This document shows positions 56,865 through 64,000 of a stretch of 64,000 nucleotides of DNA, piece after piece. The DNA is from an uncultured archaeon (GTDB taxonomy: Archaea; Iainarchaeota; Iainarchaeia; Iainarchaeales; VGJJ01): contig CAYZPC010000001.1 in assembly GCA_964480705.1 (NCBI GenBank), forward strand, positions 31,297 through 95,296, in the 5' to 3' direction. Under the pieces are notes generated by a model. It did no database searches. It worked only from the letters and a program-made list of their open reading frames with translations, and had not been told where the DNA came from. How positions within the stretch are numbered: the stretch's first letter is position 1; each line of letters starts with the position of its first letter. Position numbers and translations under genes: made by a program.

Positions 56865-59432
56865 CTAATCGTCTTTCCAAATTTTTTTCTTAGTTGGAGC
56901 GTTTTCTTTTTTGGCAAAATTAATGGGCTTTTTCTCGCGGAGCTTTTGTTCAAGCTTGCTTCCAATGGGTGCTCCTCCCACAATTTTAGATGCAATTTTT
57001 TGGCTGGCGCTCATTTTTCCGCTTACGAGCATGCTCGATTCTTTTTTCTCAGACTTGGGTGCAGGCTTTGGAAGAGAAGGGAGTTTGAATGCTGGAAGTT
57101 TGAGTAATGGTTTTGACGCGGATGTTTCCACGCGCACGGGTGATTTATTTGAAATAGTTGGAAGTGCCAGTTTAACTTTTCCCGTTTTCACGAGGTAAAA
57201 CAAAACGCCCCCACCCACAATTAGTCCAACAATAATGAATCCGGCTAAAAAGTAGGGGTTGCTTGTGAAAGGGTTTGGTTTTCCACTCGCATTCACATCG
57301 CTGTTCAAGTCCACTGCCGAAGTGGCTTGCATGTAAATCTGCACATTGTTTCCCGGAGCATATGTTACGGCTTCCGATGCAATTCCGCGTTGGGGAATAT
57401 TTGCCAACGCTTGATATTTTCCCGCGTCCGCAATGTCAAACAAACAGTACCCATTCGCGTCCGTGGTGCACGTTCCTACGGTCGCGCACTGGTTTTTGAT
57501 TTGGGGAATGTTGTTGGCTAGTGATGCAAATGACCCTGCGCACACATTTCCATATTCAATGAAAACAATTTCCACGTTTCCTATTCCTGAGTTGTCCACA
57601 TTATTGAGCTGCACTTCAATTCCCGCATCATCTATTTTTCCATTGCAGTCATTGTCTAAATTATCTTCGTTTTCCGTTGCACCCGGGTATATTTTGTCGC
57701 TGTTATCATTGCAGTCTTTTGGTACTGCACACGTGGACACGCCATCGTCGTCTTCATCAAATCCATTGTCTACTTTTCCATTACAATCATTATCCACTGC
57801 GTCGCACACTTCACTTGCTCCAGGGTGAACAGCGGCATCGTTGTCATTGCAGTCAAATTTAACCGTGTCTTTGGCACAAACCCCGTCGATGTATCCATCT
57901 CCATCATTGTCCACACATTCTTCGCATCCCACGGTGATGATTTTCCACGCATCGGCCGCAGCGGATACTGCGAGAATGTTATTGTTAGGGTCAGACGCGA
58001 GCGCGTTGGCAATTTTTCCATCTAATTCGCTGGGGAAAAAGTTATCCGCTTTGTCAAACAATGCATATGCTTGCTGCTGGAGTCTTCGTTCCATTGTTTC
58101 TTCGCTTTCCACGCACGATGCGCGGAGGAAAACGTGTCCAAGCATGAGCTGCGCAAATGCTCTTCCTTCCGTGTCAATGGAGTAGCTCGCATACTTGAGT
58201 AAATCACCATTGCGCGAGAGCCCTGATCCCGCGTCATCTTCCTCTAAAACGAGCAATGATTGCACAGCCTTTTTGAAATTGGTATTTTCAGTGTAAATTT
58301 TTGGATTCGATTTTTGAAGTAAATGAAGAGTCACACTCATGTCGGTAATGAATCCTTTCGTCTCACCCACTGCCACATACGCAGGATAGGCTTCATACGC
58401 TGCACTTCCATCATCCGGGGTGCAATTGTTGGGATTGATCCCTGCTCCTTCCCAGCGCATGTAATCCTTGTATGTGCCATCGCATTCTTGCAGGGCGAGC
58501 ATTCCTTTTTCGGCAATTCGAGCAGCGCGGGAATATTTAGTGTCTCCCGTTTCCTTTGCTAGCGCGTCCCAAAATAGAATCGTTTGCGCCATGTGTGTTT
58601 TTCGGCTTTCGTGGAGTTTGATATTTCCCCCATCCGTGCACAATTCGGTGTCTGCTGAATCCGTTTGAATGATGAATTGATACGGCATCAATCCCACTGG
58701 AATAGTGTGCCCATACGTATCGGCTGTTTTGGAGGAAGGTATTCCAAATGTTTCTCCTTCTTCCACTACAATCGCGTCGAGGAGCATGTTTCCAATTCCC
58801 GTGGCAATTTTCATGTAATCATTTTTTCGCGTAGAGTCAAAATCGGCTGCGCGCAAAAACAAATATCCCGCTCCTGCGAGCGTGGAGAGTTGTGCCTGTG
58901 TTTGTTTGTTGATGGTGTCCTTGGGCACGCCCCACGTGTTGAATGCAATGCTTTCGTCTTTCATGCACGCATTACTCGTTGCGTTTATTCCCAAAATGGA
59001 TGGGAGAACATTTGCAATTCCATTGTTGGGAAGTTTTTCTTTGTGTCCCGTTCCAAATGTTTCCGTGTTGGGAGTCCACACCCAGGGAAGGGTTTGCGTG
59101 GCAACGTGTGTGATTTTGCTGGACAATCCATCATTCAAATCCAATCCCGCGAGCTGCGGGTTGAGGAGTGTGTCCATTCCAATAATATACAAGCCAATTT
59201 TTCCAAATTCGTTTGAGTTGTCAAAAAAATCGACATCATCAATGGAGAATTGCGATTGGGGCAAATCATACACGCTTCCCCATCCCCGCGTGTTGTGGGA
59301 GGTGACAAATCCTCTCTCCACCATGTTTTCGAGCGTATCATCCAGCCCATCAGGCGGCGTTTCAGCCAGTGCAAAGGTAAGCGGAGATAGCCCAGCGAGA
59401 AGCAGAATTGACAATAGCACTCGCTTCCACAT
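56865..59432 (-). CDS. Large surface protein with MopE-like putative metal-binding repeats and C-terminal TM plus Lys-rich tail
   Basis: Signal peptide; CVDNDGDGYIDGVC..DCNDNDAAVHP..DNDCNGKVDNGFDEDDDG repeats; TM FLAGFIIVGLIVGGGVLFYLV. Confidence 0.7.
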   Translation of the reverse strand: MWKRVLLSILLLAGLSPLTFALAETPPDGLDDTLENMVERGFVTSHNTRGWGSVYDLPQSQFSIDDVDFFDNSNEFGKIGLYIIGMDTLLNPQLAGLDLNDGLSSKITHVATQTLPWVWTPNTETFGTGHKEKLPNNGIANVLPSILGINATSNACMKDESIAFNTWGVPKDTINKQTQAQLSTLAGAGYLFLRAADFDSTRKNDYMKIATGIGNMLLDAIVVEEGETFGIPSSKTADTYGHTIPVGLMPYQFIIQTDSADTELCTDGGNIKLHESRKTHMAQTILFWDALAKETGDTKYSRAARIAEKGMLALQECDGTYKDYMRWEGAGINPNNCTPDDGSAAYEAYPAYVAVGETKGFITDMSVTLHLLQKSNPKIYTENTNFKKAVQSLLVLEEDDAGSGLSRNGDLLKYASYSIDTEGRAFAQLMLGHVFLRASCVESEETMERRLQQQAYALFDKADNFFPSELDGKIANALASDPNNNILAVSAAADAWKIITVGCEECVDNDGDGYIDGVCAKDTVKFDCNDNDAAVHPGASEVCDAVDNDCNGKVDNGFDEDDDGVSTCAVPKDCNDNSDKIYPGATENEDNLDNDCNGKIDDAGIEVQLNNVDNSGIGNVEIVFIEYGNVCAGSFASLANNIPQIKNQCATVGTCTTDANGYCLFDIADAGKYQALANIPQRGIASEAVTYAPGNNVQIYMQATSAVDLNSDVNASGKPNPFTSNPYFLAGFIIVGLIVGGGVLFYLVKTGKVKLALPTISNKSPVRVETSASKPLLKLPAFKLPSLPKPAPKSEKKESSMLVSGKMSASQKIASKIVGGAPIGSKLEQKLREKKPINFAKKENAPTKKKIWKDD

Positions 59433-59576
59433 CTCCCTCGACCTCCCCTCGCGTGTATGATTTTCTTTTTGCTATTTAAAACCACGTTCACGAAGGGGAT
59501 TTTTTCAACAATTTTTTTTCTCCCGCGAGAGGTTATTAAACTCCCCGACTCCTTTTTTGGATAATTATTCACTTTT

Positions 59577-60080
59577 TTGGAGGAAAAAAACATGAATGGA
59601 ATACATAAGGCTATTTTCCTGTGGGGAGTCGTCTGCCTGCTGGGATATGGTGTCTATCATTTTGCATTAATGGATCCCAATTTTCCTAAACCGCTTCCGT
59701 TGTGGAGCGTGCTCACGATTATTGGTGTAGTTGCCATGATTAAGCTTGTTCCCAACTGGAAAAAAAATAATGTTGTTTGGGTTTGGGCCACAATTGGTGT
59801 GGTTGGAATGCTCTATCATTGGGCGTTTGCCAGCAATATTTTACCCGCCATCATTCCGTCTCCCTGGGCATATTGGGCATTGTTGCATGCCATTGGATTC
59901 ATTCTAACGGGCTACTACTGGACGAACAAAAACTTCTGGTATGGTGTGGGAGTTGTCAACGCGCTCGCGTTCGTGGCATTCTTTGCTTTTCCCACGTCCA
60001 TTGGAATGTATTCATCTGCGCTCCTTGCCGCGGTGAGCGGATTACCCTTGATGTATAATGGGTATTTCAGCAAGCTGTAA
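59577..60080 (+). CDS. Small polytopic membrane protein (4-5 TM)
   Basis: Hydrophobicity pattern. Confidence 0.5.
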   Translation: MEEKNMNGIHKAIFLWGVVCLLGYGVYHFALMDPNFPKPLPLWSVLTIIGVVAMIKLVPNWKKNNVVWVWATIGVVGMLYHWAFASNILPAIIPSPWAYWALLHAIGFILTGYYWTNKNFWYGVGVVNALAFVAFFAFPTSIGMYSSALLAAVSGLPLMYNGYFSKL

Positions 60081-60131
60081 AATAATGGGTGAAGTGCGCC
60101 GCGAGGCGCATTTCTTTTTTCTTTTTTTTAT

Positions 60132-60944
60132 TTATTTTTTACTCGCTTTTGGTGTTTTTGTTTTTGCCGTGTTATTCGTTTTAGCATTGTCTTCCAAAGC
60201 CTGAAATATGGTTCGTTGTTTAGAGTCAATTCCATCAATCGTTGCTTTAGGCTGTGTCACGTCAAAGGTGTAGGAGAAATATTCTAATCCATTATTTTTC
60301 AATAGTTCAAGCGCAGGCCTTCCAATAGTGGGCGCGACCAAGAGTCCGCGCGTTTTCCTATTCTTAATTTTCTTCACTTCATTCACATACCTCACGAGCT
60401 GCATGACTGAATTGTAATCCGCCTGCCTTCGCTTGAGTTCAATCACCACTAAATTTCCATCCTTATCCTCTGCCATAATGTCAATCAATCCCTTCCGCAG
60501 GGCGCTTTCTTGTTTCAGGGGTTTGAGTCCTTTTTCCAACACATCTAAATCCGTCATGAGTTGGTCATTCAATTCTTTTTCCGTCCCCACAAGTTTGAAA
60601 TCCTCGGCGTGGTCTTCCATCGCGTGAATGGTAATCATTTCCACATTTTTCAAAAAAACAGTTAATGTTTCACGTGGGGAACGTTTAATCGCCGACACCG
60701 TGAGGGTGTCATTTTCGAGTACAGTTGACCACGTGTTGCTCATCAAATAATTCGTCGGCCGCAAGAGTCGGTTTTGATGGATGGCAAACGACCCATCTCC
60801 CTTAATCAACAGCAGGCGCGAACCCAGCGGAAGATTGCTTGCTGCCCTCCCTTGATATTTGACTTCACAGTCTCCCACGAGCATAATCAAGTCTTTGCGC
60901 GCCAATGCGGCATCTAATCTTTCTTTGGCTTGGGAAAGTTGCAT
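60132..60944 (-). CDS. nucS: Endonuclease NucS/EndoMS (mismatch-specific)
   Basis: N-terminal KGDGSFAIHQ; C-terminal RecB-like DIMAEDKDGNLVVIELKRRQADYNSVMQLVRY. Confidence 0.8.
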   Translation of the reverse strand: MQLSQAKERLDAALARKDLIMLVGDCEVKYQGRAASNLPLGSRLLLIKGDGSFAIHQNRLLRPTNYLMSNTWSTVLENDTLTVSAIKRSPRETLTVFLKNVEMITIHAMEDHAEDFKLVGTEKELNDQLMTDLDVLEKGLKPLKQESALRKGLIDIMAEDKDGNLVVIELKRRQADYNSVMQLVRYVNEVKKIKNRKTRGLLVAPTIGRPALELLKNNGLEYFSYTFDVTQPKATIDGIDSKQRTIFQALEDNAKTNNTAKTKTPKASKK

Positions 60945-61008
60945 TTACTAAAAACGGATTGTACCATTAAAAGCCCATGCGCCTGCCGTGTTTGAAACTT
61001 TTTTTGAT

Positions 61009-62073
61009 TTATATTTCAATGAGTTTTTTGGGCGCAAAACTCAATCGTTCATTCGTTGAGCGTGTGACAATCGCATCATCCTCTATTCGGATTCCCCATT
61101 TTTTTCCATAGTAGCCGGGCTCCACCGCCACCGCCATATCAGGCTGATATTTCCACGTGGCGAGTGCGTGAATCGCTCCCGGCATGTCATGCGTTTCCAG
61201 CCCAATTCCATGTCCTAATGCATGGGGGATTTTGTGTCCGAGTGTTTTTTCGGCCGCAATAAACGTGTCTCGCGCGTGCGCGCCCGGTGCAATATGTTCG
61301 AATGCCGCGTTTTGTGCCGCGACACACTTCGCATACATTTCTTTCTGCTCCTCGTTTGCGCTTCCGAATACAAACGTTCGCGAGAGGTCAGCACAATACC
61401 CCTCATATTTTGCCCCGCAATCGATTAGAACATTTTCTCCTTTTTGGAGTTTTTTGTGTGAGTTAAAGTGATGAATATTCTGAGAGTTTTTTCCAAACGC
61501 CACAATCGTAGTAAACGCGGGCGGGCATCCTTCGCGTGCAAATGCGTGGTTAATTTCTGCTGCGAGGGAAATTTCACTCATATTGTTTTTCACCGTCGTT
61601 GGAATTTTTTTCACCACGTCTTGGGTGATGTTCACCGCTTCGCGAATTTTTTTCAATTCCTCGCGTGTTTTAATTATTCTACTCTCCGCAAGCGCGGTGC
61701 TTACATCCAAGAATTTGGCCGTTGGAAAATTTTTCTTTAGTGCAACAAGTTGTCCCGCGGTGATGTAATTTAAATTGACTCCCACGCGTTTTTTTCCAAA
61801 GTATTTTCGCAAGTTTTTGAGCACATCTTTTCGCGAACGCACAACATGTATTTTTCCTGCGTATGTTTGTTTTACCGTTCCCGCTTCGAGGGGGCTGGTT
61901 AGGAGCAATTGTTGCGCGTCGGTTTGCACGAAGCGGAATGAAAAGTCCGTGTGAGAAATACCCGTAAATTTGGTGAGGAGGGGGTCCTGCATCTGTTCAC
62001 TTGTAACGGTATAAAGCGTGTCAATTTTCTGCTTGGCGAACCATTCCGGCGTAAAATGAGGGGTTTTTTTCAT
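61009..62073 (-). CDS. M24-family Xaa-Pro aminopeptidase/prolidase
   Basis: HGIGLETHDMP and pita-bread metal-ligand pattern. Confidence 0.8.
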   Translation of the reverse strand: MKKTPHFTPEWFAKQKIDTLYTVTSEQMQDPLLTKFTGISHTDFSFRFVQTDAQQLLLTSPLEAGTVKQTYAGKIHVVRSRKDVLKNLRKYFGKKRVGVNLNYITAGQLVALKKNFPTAKFLDVSTALAESRIIKTREELKKIREAVNITQDVVKKIPTTVKNNMSEISLAAEINHAFAREGCPPAFTTIVAFGKNSQNIHHFNSHKKLQKGENVLIDCGAKYEGYCADLSRTFVFGSANEEQKEMYAKCVAAQNAAFEHIAPGAHARDTFIAAEKTLGHKIPHALGHGIGLETHDMPGAIHALATWKYQPDMAVAVEPGYYGKKWGIRIEDDAIVTRSTNERLSFAPKKLIEI

Positions 62074-62128
62074 GGCTAATTAAACGAAAAGAGTTGGGAC
62101 TTTTAAGGGTTCACCCGCGAGTAATAGT

Positions 62129-63307
62129 ATGGTCCAAAACCCCATTTCTGCCGATTATACCATTCCCCCCTGGGTCTCCCCATTAGTGTGGAAAGACAAG
62201 CCTCGCCTCGATGCGGCTATTGCTTTTTTGCGCGCCCTCACGGAAGAGGATAATGTGGCAGTGTTGTATGATGATGATGGGGATGGCATGTCCGCTGCCG
62301 CGAGTGTAGTGGTGGGTGTGGAGCGTCTCACGGGAAAAAAACCCTTTTTGATTCAGACATTTGAACATTCTCCTTCGTACGTGGATGAGTTGCTTCCCCA
62401 AAAATTGCAAGCGGAAGGAGTAACAAAAATTATTACCGTTGACAAACCCATTGACCAGAAGGGTGAAACATTTCTTCGCGCGCTTGAAAAAATAGCTCCT
62501 GTGTTGGTGATTGACCACCATAAAATCTACTGCGATTATTCCTCGGAAAGATTCATCATGGTGAAGCCCCATTTGGTTTGGGAAACCGAGCCGAGTTCAT
62601 TTCCCACGGCCATTTTAGCGTACACTCTTTTTTCTATGGTCACCGATCTTTCAGATAGAGATTGGATTCCCTGCATTGGAATTGTTTCCGACTCGGCATA
62701 CCCCCGCTGGAAAGAGATGGTGGATGCCTCTGCGCAAAAGTGGGGCTTAGATGCCGTGAAAGATGATCCCTTTGAAGCGCCTTTTGGTATCATGAGTGGG
62801 ATTGTGTATTGCACGCAGATTCTTTCCTCCTATCAAATGCCCGAATTGTTGGATTTACTCGTTTCCTCGACCCACCCAAATGAGGTGTTGAATTCTGGTT
62901 TTCGCACGCTTGTGAATGTGGTGGATGCCGAAGTGAAAGAGTGGTTGGAGCGCTTGAAAACGGAAATTAAATTATTTCCGGAGATTGAGCTCGCGCTCGC
63001 GCACGTGCAGCCGCGTCATGGGATTAAAAGTTTGTTAATCAACAAGCTCTCGCGTGATCGTTATTCCAATTGGAATTTGGTTATTTTGCAGGATGTGGCG
63101 AATGGCACGCGCGTTACTCTTTCTGCGCGCCGGCAGGATTTCAAAGTCCCCATGAATGATATGTTAGAATTTGCGGTGAAAGGTTTTTCTGAAGCCAACG
63201 CAGGAGGACATATTCCTGCTGCTGGGGGATTAATTCGGAAAGAGGATGAGGAAAAGTTTATTGAGAATGTGAAGACGTTTTTACAAAATTATTATTCTAA
63301 AAAATAA
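62129..63307 (+). CDS. DHH/DHHA1 phosphoesterase (RecJ-like/NrnA-like)
   Basis: DDDGDG, VIDHH, and NAGGHIPAAGG (GGGH) motifs. Confidence 0.75.
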   Translation: MVQNPISADYTIPPWVSPLVWKDKPRLDAAIAFLRALTEEDNVAVLYDDDGDGMSAAASVVVGVERLTGKKPFLIQTFEHSPSYVDELLPQKLQAEGVTKIITVDKPIDQKGETFLRALEKIAPVLVIDHHKIYCDYSSERFIMVKPHLVWETEPSSFPTAILAYTLFSMVTDLSDRDWIPCIGIVSDSAYPRWKEMVDASAQKWGLDAVKDDPFEAPFGIMSGIVYCTQILSSYQMPELLDLLVSSTHPNEVLNSGFRTLVNVVDAEVKEWLERLKTEIKLFPEIELALAHVQPRHGIKSLLINKLSRDRYSNWNLVILQDVANGTRVTLSARRQDFKVPMNDMLEFAVKGFSEANAGGHIPAAGGLIRKEDEEKFIENVKTFLQNYYSKK

Positions 63308-63330
63308 TTTTATAATAATGCGCTATTTTA

Positions 63331-63801
63331 TTATTTCTCTACGCGAACAAACACGCTAGTTTGATATGTTTTTTCTCCAATTTTCGCGCTCACATCCACG
63401 CGATAGGTTCCAGGAAAAAAAGGCGTTGATGCTGCATCAACTGGCGAAATCAAAAACTCGAGTTTGCGCGTTTCTTGCGGTCCAAGCGTTTGAATCGTCA
63501 ATTTTTCCGGGTACAAACTAAGTTGTTCCGACCCCGGCGCGGCGAGGGAAACCACCACATTGCTTACGGAAGCATTCGCGGGGTTCGTGACCAATACTTC
63601 TAGCATCGTGGAATCGTTTCCAGACAAGGAGAGGGGGTTTTGTTTCAACTCTGCGTGCAAGGCGTTAAACGTCTGCGTCGTGAAGACAAGGACAAGAATG
63701 GCCAATACTACTATTGCCAGCAGCGGCTTAGCCACTCCGGAGAGGGGTCCTAAATCAATGTCGAGAGGGTTGCTCTGATATACCTTCATACTCTCAACCA
63801 A
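63331..63801 (-). CDS. N-terminally anchored extracellular protein, beta-rich
   Basis: TM LLAIVVLAILVLVFT. Confidence 0.5.
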   Translation of the reverse strand: MVESMKVYQSNPLDIDLGPLSGVAKPLLAIVVLAILVLVFTTQTFNALHAELKQNPLSLSGNDSTMLEVLVTNPANASVSNVVVSLAAPGSEQLSLYPEKLTIQTLGPQETRKLEFLISPVDAASTPFFPGTYRVDVSAKIGEKTYQTSVFVRVEK

Positions 63802-63856
63802 TCATTCGTCCCTTTTTAGGCTTGCCTTTTTGCAACCGTTATTTTGGGCAATGTGC

Positions 63857-64000
63857 TAGTGGGGCAGCGTAAAGAGTCTATCATCTTCTTTTCCATCTAA
63901 TATTCCTGCGCGCACTCCCGCGTCCATCCATGCATGTGCGTACGAGTATGCGGCGAGCGCGAGCAATAATTCTCCATTTTTTTCAAAGTGCGCGGCATCG
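63857..64000 (-). CDS. Partial CDS, C-terminal 47 codons only, unknown function (5' end outside window)
   Basis: Open frame to window edge ending ..ILDGKEDDRLFTLPH-stop. Confidence 0.3.

Noticed and set aside
1-64000. Searched for rRNA, RNase P/SRP RNA signatures and additional tRNAs (TTCGAATCC / GGTTCAA T-loops)
   Set aside because: Only the four tRNAs were found. The AGTAGTCCG segment near 9905 does not match the RNase P CR-I consensus well enough to call.

Overview
The window is a 64-kb chromosomal segment from an archaeon, most likely a small-genome DPANN-like lineage. The evidence is a group II thermosome, Sec61-beta, an archaeal/eukaryotic-type TrpRS and IleRS, XPD, NucS, KaiC-like and Lrp proteins, histone-fold proteins, and four tRNAs without an encoded CCA. 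Coding density is high, with about 75 CDS on both strands.

The content falls into three groups:
- **Housekeeping genes:** ileS, trpS, thsA, eno, Sec61-beta, a YbaK deacylase, a CDP-alcohol phosphatidyltransferase, MgtE, and an M24 peptidase.
- **DNA-repair genes, unusually many:** an Lhr-MPE operon, XPD/Rad3, NucS/EndoMS, a Tag-like glycosylase, a DinD/Bro-N-like protein, a DHH/DHHA1 RecJ-like phosphoesterase, and a dCMP deaminase.
- **Secreted or membrane-anchored proteins:** many carry an N-terminal signal or anchor and a C-terminal TM helix. These include a tandem trio of cysteine-rich paralogs and a three-gene surface-protein operon.

I found no rRNA, no CRISPR array and no recognisable transposase.

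The recurring non-coding signals are:
- a family of AAACTTTTT..AAAAAGTTT palindromes at gene 3' ends;
- hairpin-rich intergenic stretches after tRNA-Val and after the ArsR gene;
- GGGTTGG repeat tracts;
- an operator-like palindrome in a divergent promoter.

The best candidates for undescribed biology are:
- the cysteine-rich paralog trio;
- an orphan HerA/FtsK-like ATPase next to a GT2 and a membrane thioredoxin;
- an Lhr-MPE operon extended by an uncharacterised basic protein;
- a degenerate Bud32-like kinase divergent from a GC-rich basic protein;
- a KaiC-like ATPase clustered with a bacterial-type LuxR HTH regulator;
- the surface-protein operon.

Every call was made by eye from the six-frame translations and the raw sequence; no searches were run.
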